This document shows positions 29,256-38,864 of a stretch of DNA of 64,000 nucleotides, in pieces (the stretch's first letter is position 1; the number at the start of each line of letters is the position of its first letter). Source of the stretch: an uncultured Myxococcales bacterium (GTDB lineage Bacteria; Myxococcota_A; UBA9042); assembly GCA_903883645.1 (NCBI GenBank), contig CAISBR010000080.1:21069-85068 (forward strand). The letters run 5' to 3'. Both the position numbers and the translations under genes were made by a program. Below the pieces are notes generated by a model. It was not told the DNA's origin and ran no database searches. It worked only from the letters and a program-made list of their open reading frames with translations.

Positions 29256-30716
29256 TTATGGCAGCGTTTTCGAGGCATCCGCGGGCAAAGGCACCGCCGG
29301 TAGCAACGGGGCCAAAGCTGCAGCAAAATCTTCGGCATCGGGGCCGACCAGCCGGCGCAGCAGCTTGCCATCTTGACCGAACACATCGATCACCGGCAAG
29401 CCCGGCGCGTCAGGCAAGAACTTGCTCCATTGCGCGGGTTCCCACGCTGTGGCATCGACACGGGCGACGGCAATCTGGCTGTGTTCCTTGGCAAATTCTT
29501 CGAGCCGCGGCCCCAACTTCATACAAGGTGCACACCACGTCGCCCAGTAGTCGATCAGCGTGATCTTGCCAGGCTCAACCAATGCTGCAATTTCAGGCAC
29601 TTGTGCAGTCTGACCGATAACCGCAGTCGACGCAGGTGCCGGCGGCACAACCGACTTGCCGCCAAAGCCCAGCGACCCCGACACCGTCACAAAAAATGCT
29701 GTATTCTGAACGGCTTGCTGCCCCACCACGTACTCGTAGAGCGGCTGCCGCATGGCCAGCGCTACCGTCGTTCCCTCGATCGGCGTGCTGCTGATACTCG
29801 GCGTCAGATAAAGCGAGTTGCCGCCGCCGTTGGGATAGCCGATACGGTTGCCGTCGTCGGGCGACAGGTAGGTGGCGCTGTCGCGGTGCTGCAAGTCGGC
29901 GCTGGCCGCCACACTTAAGTACTTGTCGATAATGGTGAACCGCGCGCCCATGCTGCCGCGCATCTCAGCGCCCCAGCCAAAGCCATCCACCGCGTAGCCT
30001 AGCGGTTGGCGATACTGGACGTTGCCGTAAACCATCAGGCGTCTCAAGGGACTATACGATGCATCGACGTCGCCAATCAGCCACCACACGCCGCGACCGA
30101 TCGACACATCGCGGTTTCCCGTGGCATTGGTGTCCGTCTGCCCGGCGATATAGGTCTTCGAAGCTCCTGGCGCGGCTAGGTATTTACCGGTATTGGTCAC
30201 GACACCAAAGGTCGCACCAAGGCGCGGTCCGCTGCGCAGGTCCAGGGCCTGCGACAGATCTTGCCGCACCCGGATTTCGGCATCCGCCATGCCACTTTCG
30301 GTCACGCCGAGCGTATCATTGCGCTGAAATTGCAAGAAGTTGTCGTCGCGCCACAGGCTCACCCAGGGCAGCACCACCGTCAGACCCGTGCCCCACGGCG
30401 AGTCGATACCGGCCGTGAGCGTGACCAAATGCATCTTTACCTGCAATTGCAGATAGTTTTGCACGCTACTCGGTGGCCCGGTGTAGGGCACCAACGACGA
30501 GCCTTCGCGCAGCGTGTCGATGGTCGAGTAGTAGTACAGCAAGCCAGCTCGCGCCCGCCATTGTCCTTGGCCGCCGCTAGAATCACTCGACAAGTTGAGG
30601 GCGTCTCCCACCGGGAGCGACGGATTCGTTCAAGTTGCGCACTGGGCCCAAGCAGACCCAGCGGTTCCCAGAAGCATCGTCGCCACGGCGAACGCAAAGA
30701 GGTGGCGCAACATCAT
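29256..30716 (-). CDS. Secreted beta-strand-rich (OMP-like) domain fused to a C-terminal thioredoxin domain (WCAPC). The frame is interrupted by an in-frame TGA at 30630-30632 directly after the signal peptide.
   Basis: ATG 30716 with an AAGGA RBS encodes MMLRHLFAFAVATMLLGTAGSAWAQCAT, then TGA. The same frame continues TNPSLPVGDALNLSS... for 451 aa and ends in ...WATWCAPCMKLGPRL. Confidence 0.55.
30630..30632 (-). other. In-frame TGA codon in a C-A-T-[TGA] context (CxxU-like); candidate selenocysteine or readthrough site, or a pseudogene lesion
   Basis: Read directly from the sequence. Same frame as the ATG at 30716 and the GTG at 30611. Confidence 0.5.
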
Positions 30717-30728
30717 CTTTTCCTTAGG

Positions 30729-32033
30729 CTACTTCATGTACGGCGCTATCGTCGAAGCCATGCCGCCAGCCGGCGCGCCATTGAACTTCTTTAGGATCTT
30801 GAAGGTCTTGGCGTCGATAATCATGTTGAGCGGCGTCGAGCCCGCGGTGTTGAGCGGCGACACGCTCTTGTCGAAGTCGACGCCCGTCGCGCCCACGCCG
30901 CCCAAGTTCTTGATCCAGGTGCGCGCCAAGTCGAGCTTGGCCGGGGTGTTCTGGGTCTTGCCGTCGAAAATCACCTGGTAGATACCGAGGTTGGGATAGG
31001 TCTTGAGCAGCTGCTTGAAGCCCGTGGTCTCTTGCTGGCACGGACCGCACCAGCCCGCCGCCACGTTGAACAAGATGACCTTGAAGTCGCCGCTAGCCGC
31101 GTATTCGCTGAATTTGATGCGCTTGGCCGGCTCGGCGCCGCCGTCGGCGAGGGTCAGGATGTTGCCATTGCCATCGGTGTCGGTGTAGCCGACGATCGAG
31201 AAGTCCGTAAAGATGTCGTTGGCTTCCATGGTGCCATGCAGCGAGCTTACGCACTTGGGCTGCTTGGGGTCAGACGGCACGCACTGCTTAGCCACGCTGG
31301 CGTCGGCCGAGATCTGCTCGCACGAGAAGCCCGCAGCGCAGGTGCTGCCATCGCACGGCGCCGAGCAGAATTGCTCGCCCGAGTAGCTAAAGGTGAGGCA
31401 CTGACCGCCCTCGCCGCAGCCCCCGGTCGCCGCGCACGACGAGCACAGGCTGCCGTCGCCCTGGCACGAGCCTGCGGTGTGCACACAGGCCATGCCGCCT
31501 TCGTCGACCGCGTTGCACATGGCGTAGCGCGGGCAGCCGGTCTTCTTGGTGCAGTCGCGCGAGCAGAACTTGCCGTCGCCCATCGCAATGCAGCGGCCGC
31601 CAGCGCCACATTGCGCGTCGTCGGTGCACTGCGAGCAGAAGCTGCGCGGCTGGCAGAACGCATTGCCGGCCAGGCCGCGGCACTGGAAGTCGGCGGGGCA
31701 GTCGGTGTCGCTGCCACAGGTGACCGAGCAAATTGCCGAGGCGGAGTTCGAGTCGCCCACGCATTGCACATCGTCGGCGGGGCAGTCGACATCGCCCGCA
31801 CAGCTGACGCCGATGTTGGGAGAAAAGACTTTGGGGCCGGTGTTATCGCTGTCGGTGGAGCCCGCATCGTTGCCGACCACGCCACCGTTGCCGCCCGTTG
31901 CGCCGGTTCCAATCAGAACGTCGTCGGCGGCCTTGGCGGTGGCGGTCTGCGCATTGCAGCCGACCATGGCCAGCGCGATGCAGCTGAGGGCCGCGAAGGT
32001 GGCGAAAAGCTGCTTGCCTGCCAAAGAAATCAT
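30729..32033 (-). CDS. Thiol:disulfide oxidoreductase lipoprotein (TlpA/ResA-like) with an N-terminal Cys-rich domain
   Basis: Signal/lipobox MISLAGKQLFATFAALSCIALAMVGC. C-terminal redoxin motif AAGWCGPCQQE. AGAGAGGA RBS. Confidence 0.75.
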   Translation of the reverse strand: MISLAGKQLFATFAALSCIALAMVGCNAQTATAKAADDVLIGTGATGGNGGVVGNDAGSTDSDNTGPKVFSPNIGVSCAGDVDCPADDVQCVGDSNSASAICSVTCGSDTDCPADFQCRGLAGNAFCQPRSFCSQCTDDAQCGAGGRCIAMGDGKFCSRDCTKKTGCPRYAMCNAVDEGGMACVHTAGSCQGDGSLCSSCAATGGCGEGGQCLTFSYSGEQFCSAPCDGSTCAAGFSCEQISADASVAKQCVPSDPKQPKCVSSLHGTMEANDIFTDFSIVGYTDTDGNGNILTLADGGAEPAKRIKFSEYAASGDFKVILFNVAAGWCGPCQQETTGFKQLLKTYPNLGIYQVIFDGKTQNTPAKLDLARTWIKNLGGVGATGVDFDKSVSPLNTAGSTPLNMIIDAKTFKILKKFNGAPAGGMASTIAPYMK

Positions 32034-32246
32034 GTTGTCCTCTCTGTTACTTCGTCGGCTGATGCGGGGACAAGGCCGATAGACCAAGGGTTGTGCGCAC
32101 TAACGGATGCGCGCAGCGACCCTACAGACTACTGCGGGCGCGCCCGCCAGGCAAACGAATTCTGTGGGTTTCGATCCGCAGCGATGCGCCCCAGTTGCGC
32201 AGAGCTGTGCTGCCGGCCTATGCTGGGCGCCCGACGCGAGGAGCCC

Positions 32247-32978
32247 ATGCCGATCAAGACCTTCCACCTGCCCGACCCCAACCGCCAACCGCCCGCAGAG
32301 CAACGCCGCCAGCGCGCCTTGATTGGTGGGGCGATCGAGCAGCGCCGCTTGCATGGCACGCCGAGCGATCTAAAGGGCACCTTTGTGCTCGACCCCGTGT
32401 ATCGCGCTGAACACGAAGGGCAATTGCGCGATTGGTGTGCAACTCAAGACCCAAGGCCGCTGACCATCGAGGTCGGTTTTCAGATGGGTGAGTTTGCCGC
32501 CGCGTATGCCGCCCAGCATCCCGAGCGCCGCTACCTGGGCTTTGAAGTCCGCAAAAGCTATTGCGAAACGGCCAGCGAGGCCTTTGAAACCGGCGGTGTC
32601 GCCAATGCCCGCGTGGCGCTGGTCGATGCGCGCGAGATGATCCCAAGGGTGCTGCAAATGGGCTCGCTCGACGAGCTGTTCGTGTTCTTCCCCGATCCCT
32701 GGTGGAAGCCGCGGCACGTCAAAAAGCGGCTGATTTCTCCGGAGTTTGTTGCGGATGCCGCCCAGTGGTTGCGGCCGGGCGGGCGACTGCTGTTCAAGTC
32801 CGATGTGCAAGAATATGCCGACTGGGCGGCGGGGATCTTTAGCGCCGACGGACACTTTGACGTCGAGCGCCTGGCTGACCCGCAGGCAGACATTCCGCTC
32901 ACCCTGCGCGAGCGCCGTTGCCGCTACCACGGCCGGCCGACCTGGGCCGTCGAGGCCAAGCGCAATCTGAATCCTTAG
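32247..32978 (+). CDS. trmB: tRNA (guanine46-N7)-methyltransferase
   Basis: FPDPWWK hallmark motif. 243 aa. GAGGAG RBS. Confidence 0.9.
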   Translation: MPIKTFHLPDPNRQPPAEQRRQRALIGGAIEQRRLHGTPSDLKGTFVLDPVYRAEHEGQLRDWCATQDPRPLTIEVGFQMGEFAAAYAAQHPERRYLGFEVRKSYCETASEAFETGGVANARVALVDAREMIPRVLQMGSLDELFVFFPDPWWKPRHVKKRLISPEFVADAAQWLRPGGRLLFKSDVQEYADWAAGIFSADGHFDVERLADPQADIPLTLRERRCRYHGRPTWAVEAKRNLNP

Positions 32979-33128
32979 CAAGAGTTCAGCCCCCCACGCC
33001 TTTATGCGGAACTGTGACGAAACCGCAGCAAGACAGTGCGGCGACGGCTTTTCCTCTGACGCAGCGCGTTGCACAATCGGCGCGTTTTGGGCGGCGTTGT
33101 AGGGCGCCGGCTGCGGGCGAACAGGAGC

Positions 33129-35285
33129 ATGGCAATGAGCTACGAATACCGTATATGGGCAGGAATCTTGGTCTTGCTGGTGGGTATGGGCCTGTTTGCC
33201 CGCACCTTGCTCGGCCGCTTTGGCCTGCTGATGGCCGCCAAGCCCGAGACGCGGTGGGACTTGGTGCAAGCGCGCATCGACAACCTGCTCGAGATCGGTA
33301 TCGGCCAAAAGAAGATGTTCAAGGACCCGTCGGATCCTGCGTCGGGTTGGCTGCATGCCTTTACGTTCTGGGGCTTTTGCGTGCTGGGCCTGCGCACGAC
33401 TCAGCTTTTCGTGCAGGCGTTTATCCCCGAGTGGCCGGTGCCGGTGATCGAGGAATTGTACCAACCGATCAAGGACTATACCGCCCTTGTCGTGCTGGTG
33501 ATGATCCTGGGCTTCTTTGCGCGGCGCCTTATCACCAAGCCCAAGCGCATCAACTACTCGCACGAGGCGCTGCTGATTCTGGGCTTTATCGGCGGCCTGA
33601 TGGTCACCGAATTCTTGTACGAAGGCGGGCACTTCGGTGGCCTCATCGCCGCGGGTGACGCGCACGCTGCCGAGCATGTGGCCCATGCGCCGCTTGGAGC
33701 TGCGATCGCCGCCTGGTTCGCCAAGACGGGCATGAGTCCCAAAGGGCTGCAGCTATTTGGCGAGGTGAACTACTGGATTCACTTAGTGATTGTCGTCACC
33801 TTCCTAAATCTGCTGCCGCTGTCGAAGCACTTCCATGTGATCACGTCGCTGCCCAACGTGTTCTTGTCGCGGCTCGAGCCTAAGGGCACGCTCAGCTTTG
33901 TCGAGGACATCGAAAAGGCACTCGAAGAAGAACAATCGCTCGGTCTGTCAAAGCCTTCGGACCTGTCGTGGAAGCAGACGCTCGACCTGTTTACCTGCAC
34001 GGAATGCGGTCGCTGCGAAGTCAATTGCCCCGCGTGGACGACGGGTAAGCCGCTGAATCCCAAGATGTTAATTCTTGATCTGCGCGACTATCTGTACAGC
34101 CACCAGAGCCAGATTATTGCGGCGAGCAAGCTGGCGATCTCGGGAGAGGTCAGCGCCGAGGTAGTTGCCCAAGCCGAGGGCCAACTTCCTGAATTGATTG
34201 CTACTGTCAACCCCGATGCGATCTGGTCGTGCACCACGTGCCGGTCGTGCAGCGAGCAATGCCCGGTTATGATCGAGCACGTTGACAAGATTTTGGACAT
34301 TCGCCGCCACCTGACGATGACGCGCAATGAGGCGCCCAAGGAATTGGCGAAGACTTTGGCGAATTTAGAGAGCAAGTCGAACCCATGGGGTATGGCCTCG
34401 GGCAAGCGCGCGGACTGGGCCAAAGGCCTTGATATTCCTACGCTCGACGACAATCCGAACCCCGAGTGGCTGTATTTTGTGGGCTGCGCCGGGTCGTTCG
34501 ATGAGCGGGCGAAGAAGATCACCCTGGCGACGGTGCAAGTGCTGCGGGCGGCCAATGTGTCGTTTGCCATCCTAGGCAAGAAAGAGAAGTGCTCAGGCGA
34601 TCTTGCGCGGCGTTCGGGCCAAGAGTACCTGTTCCAAGAGCAGGCGCGCGCCAATATCGAGATGTTCAACGCGGGCGGGGTAACCAAGATCTTGACGACT
34701 TGCCCGCACTGCTACAACACGATCTTGAACGAATACCCTCAGTTGGGTGGCCGTTACGAAGTGGTGCATCACGCGCAGTTTATCGCCGAGCTGGTCAAAG
34801 AGGGCCGATTGACCTTTGACCAGGGCCACGCGCAGCAGCGGATTGTGTTCCACGACTCGTGCTACCTGGGGCGCTACAACGAGATCTACGACGAGCCCCG
34901 CAAAGTGCTTGAAGCGGTTGGCAATGTTGAGCTGGTCGAGATGGCGCGCAGCAAGAACCTGGGCATGTGCTGCGGCGCCGGCGGTGCGCGCATGTGGATG
35001 GAAGAGAAGATGGGCACGCGGGTCAACAACTTGCGCGTCGAGCAGGCCATGGAAGCGCTGAACGGCGAAGCGGATGACCACGAGGGCGGCCACGACCACC
35101 ACGGCCATGACCACGGACACGGCGGCTGCAAGACGGTCATCGCCTCGTCATGCCCCTTCTGCATGACCATGCTCAGCGACGGCGTTAAAGCCAAGGACGC
35201 GGCTGAATCGATTGATACTAAAGATATTGCTGAAATTGTCGCCGAACGCTTGGCGCCGCCAAAGATCGACACTGCCAAGGCATAA
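33129..35285 (+). CDS. Membrane-anchored Fe-S oxidoreductase: NarI/DsrM-like N-terminal domain fused to a 2x[4Fe-4S] ferredoxin and CCG domains (HdrD/GlpC/DsrK-like)
   Basis: N-terminal TM helices. CTECGRCEVNCPAW and CTTCRSCSEQCPVM are ferredoxin-type cluster motifs. CCG-domain motifs CPHCYNT and CCGAGG. His-rich C-terminus. Confidence 0.75.
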   Translation: MAMSYEYRIWAGILVLLVGMGLFARTLLGRFGLLMAAKPETRWDLVQARIDNLLEIGIGQKKMFKDPSDPASGWLHAFTFWGFCVLGLRTTQLFVQAFIPEWPVPVIEELYQPIKDYTALVVLVMILGFFARRLITKPKRINYSHEALLILGFIGGLMVTEFLYEGGHFGGLIAAGDAHAAEHVAHAPLGAAIAAWFAKTGMSPKGLQLFGEVNYWIHLVIVVTFLNLLPLSKHFHVITSLPNVFLSRLEPKGTLSFVEDIEKALEEEQSLGLSKPSDLSWKQTLDLFTCTECGRCEVNCPAWTTGKPLNPKMLILDLRDYLYSHQSQIIAASKLAISGEVSAEVVAQAEGQLPELIATVNPDAIWSCTTCRSCSEQCPVMIEHVDKILDIRRHLTMTRNEAPKELAKTLANLESKSNPWGMASGKRADWAKGLDIPTLDDNPNPEWLYFVGCAGSFDERAKKITLATVQVLRAANVSFAILGKKEKCSGDLARRSGQEYLFQEQARANIEMFNAGGVTKILTTCPHCYNTILNEYPQLGGRYEVVHHAQFIAELVKEGRLTFDQGHAQQRIVFHDSCYLGRYNEIYDEPRKVLEAVGNVELVEMARSKNLGMCCGAGGARMWMEEKMGTRVNNLRVEQAMEALNGEADDHEGGHDHHGHDHGHGGCKTVIASSCPFCMTMLSDGVKAKDAAESIDTKDIAEIVAERLAPPKIDTAKA

Positions 35286-35408
35286 CCCCCTGCGGGCTTG
35301 ACGGATCTGTGAGCCCAGGCGTAGCTTCTGCGCCGCTGAGCCTACATGTGATTCGCTCGGCCAACTTTATAGCGAGGAGGCGCCCCCCGCCTTCTTGAAG
35401 AGGCACGC

Positions 35409-36080
35409 ATGTTGGCGAAATTCCGCTCAATTCGTATGTTCCACCTGCTTTTGGCCGCGCTGATGGTGTTGGCTGTCGCTTGCGGCTCCAAGGCGTCGCA
35501 GAAGCTGATCGGCAAATGGGGCGTGGACCTCGAGCGCATGGCCGAGATGGAAGAAATCAAGAAGATGCCCGAGGACCAGCGCAAGGCCGCCCTCGAGATG
35601 GCGAAAGGCATCATGGGCAGCGTCACGTTCGAGTTCACCAGCGACAAGCTGATCATCGACATGATGGGCCAGAAGAAAGAAGGCAATTACAAGGTTAAGT
35701 CGGAAGAAGGTGACAAGGTTGTCATCGAAGGCACCATGGACGGCAAGACCGAGACCCTGGAAGCCGTGTTCAAGGGCGACCTGCTAACCCTGGGTAAAGA
35801 CAAGCAGACCTTCCCGCTCAAGCGCAAGACTGGCAACGAGCCGGCCGCCCCCGCGCCCAAGGCAGAAGAGAAGAAGGCTGAGGCTCCGGCTGTGGCTCCC
35901 ACCGCCCCGGTCGCCGCTCCGGCTGCCGCGCCCGCAGCGCCGGCCGCTCCCGCCGCCGAAGACAAGAAAGCAGCCGAGCCCGCGCCCGGAGTTGCTCCCG
36001 CCCCGGCCGCTGGTGCCGCCCCGGCCGCTGGTGCCGCGCCGACCGCAGCGCCGGCCGCTGCCGCTCCCGCCCCTAAGTAG
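35409..36080 (+). CDS. Lipoprotein with an Ala/Pro-rich C-terminal tail
   Basis: MLAKFRSIRMFHLLLAALMVLAVAC lipobox. Low-complexity PAAPAAPAA tail. Confidence 0.6.
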   Translation: MLAKFRSIRMFHLLLAALMVLAVACGSKASQKLIGKWGVDLERMAEMEEIKKMPEDQRKAALEMAKGIMGSVTFEFTSDKLIIDMMGQKKEGNYKVKSEEGDKVVIEGTMDGKTETLEAVFKGDLLTLGKDKQTFPLKRKTGNEPAAPAPKAEEKKAEAPAVAPTAPVAAPAAAPAAPAAPAAEDKKAAEPAPGVAPAPAAGAAPAAGAAPTAAPAAAAPAPK

Positions 36081-36210
36081 GCTCCAGGGCTTGCGAACTC
36101 TGCCAATGTGTTGACGTACAGTGCCGCCGACCGGTATTCAGCGAGGCGGGCGGCGTCTGACGCGCAGACTCGCCCAGCCAAGCAATTCTCGCTTTGATAC
36201 AGGCACTTCT

Positions 36211-36813
36211 GTGGTCCTTCTCAATCGCATCTATACGCGCACCGGCGACGATGGCAGCACCGGCCTAGTGGGCGGCGAGCGCGTGGGCAAAGACGACTTG
36301 CGGATCGAGGCCTACGGAACCGTCGACGAGCTAAATGCCTGCCTAGGCATGGTGCGCGATGCCAACCGGCGCCATCAGCTCGATGCGGCAGCGCGCGAGC
36401 AACTTGACGGGCAATTGCTGAATATTCAGCAGCGGTTGTTTGACCTGGGTGCCTCGCTCGCCACCCGGACCGACAGTCGCCGGCCAGGGCAGCCGTGCCC
36501 GACCGCGGCCGACATCACCTGGCTCGAGCAGACGCTCGACGGCATGAATGCAGAGCTAGAACCCCTGAATTCATTCGTATTGCCCGGTGGTGGGCCGATT
36601 GCGGCCCCGCTGCACTTGGCGCGGACGGTGTGTCGTCGCGGCGAGCGAGCCACGGTTCGACTCGGACGGCACGAAGCCGTAGAAGATGCGGACCTGAAGT
36701 ACTTGAATCGCCTGAGTGATTGGCTGTTTGTGGCATCGCGTTGGGTGGCCAAGCGTTCGGGCGAGGCAGAGCCGCTGTGGGCGCCGTGGGCTACTAAGCC
36801 CAGCATTACCTAG
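36211..36813 (+). CDS. ATP:cob(I)alamin adenosyltransferase, PduO type
   Basis: IYTRTGDDGSTGL hallmark. About 200 aa. GTG start at 36211 is inferred because no in-frame ATG lies nearby. Confidence 0.8.
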   Translation: MVLLNRIYTRTGDDGSTGLVGGERVGKDDLRIEAYGTVDELNACLGMVRDANRRHQLDAAAREQLDGQLLNIQQRLFDLGASLATRTDSRRPGQPCPTAADITWLEQTLDGMNAELEPLNSFVLPGGGPIAAPLHLARTVCRRGERATVRLGRHEAVEDADLKYLNRLSDWLFVASRWVAKRSGEAEPLWAPWATKPSIT

Positions 36814-36822
36814 CTTTTTTGA

Positions 36823-37815
36823 CTAATTGGTCAGCAACTGGGTCGCCGCCACTTGGGCGCCCAGCAGGCCGGCGTTTTGGTCGAGCACCACGGCAATCGG
36901 AATCTGCTGCAGCAGCCCGACGTAACGCCCCTTGTCGGCGAACTGCTTGCGGAAGTGGTCGCCCGTGAGCAGCGGCAGGATCTTGGGCGCAATGCCGCCA
37001 CCCAGCAGCACGCCCCCCGTCGCCAGGATCGACAAGGCGAAATTGCCGGCCTGGCGCGCATAGAGGCGCACGAACCACTGCACGGCTTGCTCGCTGGCGG
37101 GGCAGCGCTGCTCGACCGCAGCCTTGCCGATCACCGAGCCCGGGTCCGCGTGCGACAGCTCGGCCAGCACCTGGGGATCAGGCTGGCAAGCCTTGCTGGC
37201 GACTAGGAAATCAAAGATCCAGCCCAGACCAGGGCCCGACACGAGCCGCTCCCACGACACATGCTGCCCTGCCCCCAGGGCCTCCAGACGCCGCCGTGCA
37301 TACACAAGTAGGGCCTGGTCCTGGTCGTCATGCGGCGCAAATTCGACATGCCCTCCCTCGGTCGCACCGGGAATGTGGCGCTTACCGTCCCAAAACAGCT
37401 GCGCCTGCCCCAACCCTGTGCCCGCGGCGACCACGGCGATCGTCCCCTGGCGCGGCACGCCGGTCTGCAGCACATGGAGCGAGCTCCGCGGCAGGTGTAG
37501 AGCGCCCAAGGCTAACGCTTCGAGATCGTTCAGTAAAGCCACGCGTTCAGTGCCAAGCTGCCTGCCAAGTTGAGCGCCTTCGATAAGCCACGGCAGATTG
37601 GTTGTAGCCACGCGGCCATCGAGGACGGGCCCCGCGATGCCAAAGGCGGCCGCGTCGATGGTGCGACCACTCAGAAACTGCTGACAAATGGGCGCGAGTC
37701 CGTCGAAGTCGCCGCTGCGAAAAACCTGGGTAGACAGCTCGCGCTGCTCGCCTACATCGAACAGCCGCAGCCGAGTCGAGGTTCCGCCGATGTCGCCTGC
37801 AAGAATCGTAGTCAC
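36823..37815 (-). CDS. glk: Glucokinase (Glk family)
   Basis: Sugar-kinase phosphate-1 motif ILAGDIGGTSTRL. About 330 aa. GTG start at 37815 preceded by AAGGAGG. Confidence 0.8.
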   Translation of the reverse strand: MTTILAGDIGGTSTRLRLFDVGEQRELSTQVFRSGDFDGLAPICQQFLSGRTIDAAAFGIAGPVLDGRVATTNLPWLIEGAQLGRQLGTERVALLNDLEALALGALHLPRSSLHVLQTGVPRQGTIAVVAAGTGLGQAQLFWDGKRHIPGATEGGHVEFAPHDDQDQALLVYARRRLEALGAGQHVSWERLVSGPGLGWIFDFLVASKACQPDPQVLAELSHADPGSVIGKAAVEQRCPASEQAVQWFVRLYARQAGNFALSILATGGVLLGGGIAPKILPLLTGDHFRKQFADKGRYVGLLQQIPIAVVLDQNAGLLGAQVAATQLLTN

Positions 37816-37973
37816 GGAGCCTCCTTGGAGCGCGAAGCGTAGCGCGAACTGGCGAGCGGTGGTAGTGGGGGCGCGCCACCCCAGCCAAGGCCAGGACACC
37901 CGCCCGCTGCTTGTACAATACGGCGAGGCTGCTGCAAACTTTGGGCAATGGCCCTGGGCCAAGGAGAACGAAC

Positions 37974-38831
37974 ATGAGCAGTCCCGAGCACGCCCACAAG
38001 CAAGCGCAGAAGCCCCCAATTCACAAGCTGGCCGGGCACAAAGACGCCGCTAAGCCCGCGCAAGCCAAGCAAGAGGCGGCCCAAGAAGCGCGCGATCATC
38101 AGGCGGCGGCGCAGACGGCCCACCAGGCGGCGCGCGTGCTCGAAAAGGCCGAGGCCAAGGGCTATGCCGGCCAAAAAGCTGCACTAAAACCCAAGGATAA
38201 GCACGCGGCGCGCGAGCTCGGCCCAGTTAGCGACGACAAGAAGAAGATCGGTGTGGCCGAGGCGGTCGAGCGGGCACACGACGAGCACACCGAGGAGCAA
38301 CACGGCCACGGCGGCGGCAAAAGCGAGCACCCCGTGCACGAGGCCAAGGCGCTGCTGCTCGCCGCGGCGCAACACGCTCATAAGCAAGCGGAAAAGGCCG
38401 AGCACCCCGCCAAGCACCCCGACCTGCACGAGGTGATGGCCAAGCACGACGAAAAGAAGGCCGAGAAGCACGGCGCTGACAAGAAAAAGGTCAAAGAAGT
38501 CAAGAAAGAGCAGAAGAAGGCGTCGTCGAAGAAGGGCGATAAAGAGCACCACGCGGCCGGCATCGCAGCGGTGGCCAAGGACAAGCAAAAGGGTAAGAAA
38601 GACGAGAAGTCGCAAGAGAAGATCAAGGGCAAGCAGGCCAAGAAAGACGGCGGCCACCAAGAGCATGGCCACGGCAGCCCGGCTGAGGCCCTGGCGGCCG
38701 AGACGGTCAAGGCGGTCAAAGACAAGCAGGCCGACAAGAAGGGCAAGAAGAAGCCCGTGCACGTCGAGCAGCACGCTGCAGACCACAAGAAGAAAGAGCA
38801 GCAGGGCAAGACAGCGCCGAAGCACGCGTAG
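37974..38831 (+). CDS. Lys/His/Ala/Glu-rich low-complexity (histone H1-like or disordered) protein
   Basis: AAGGAG RBS. 285 aa dominated by K, A, H, E and Q. No globular motif. Confidence 0.5.
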   Translation: MSSPEHAHKQAQKPPIHKLAGHKDAAKPAQAKQEAAQEARDHQAAAQTAHQAARVLEKAEAKGYAGQKAALKPKDKHAARELGPVSDDKKKIGVAEAVERAHDEHTEEQHGHGGGKSEHPVHEAKALLLAAAQHAHKQAEKAEHPAKHPDLHEVMAKHDEKKAEKHGADKKKVKEVKKEQKKASSKKGDKEHHAAGIAAVAKDKQKGKKDEKSQEKIKGKQAKKDGGHQEHGHGSPAEALAAETVKAVKDKQADKKGKKKPVHVEQHAADHKKKEQQGKTAPKHA

Positions 38832-38864
38832 TCAAGTCGGCTGATCCTTTAGCAGTTATTCTTG

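Noticed and set aside
29256-30611. Annotating the Trx-fusion gene as starting at GTG 30611 with no signal peptide
   Set aside because: An upstream ATG with a good RBS encodes a canonical signal peptide in the same frame, separated only by one TGA. A cytoplasmic start for an OMP-like/Trx protein is implausible, so I report it as an interrupted gene.
31032-32246. 5' extension of the trmB ORF to 648 aa, antisense to the TlpA-like gene
   Set aside because: The TrmB homology begins at the ATG at 32247, which has a GAGGAG RBS. The upstream part is an Ala/Arg-rich read-through overlapping a supported gene.
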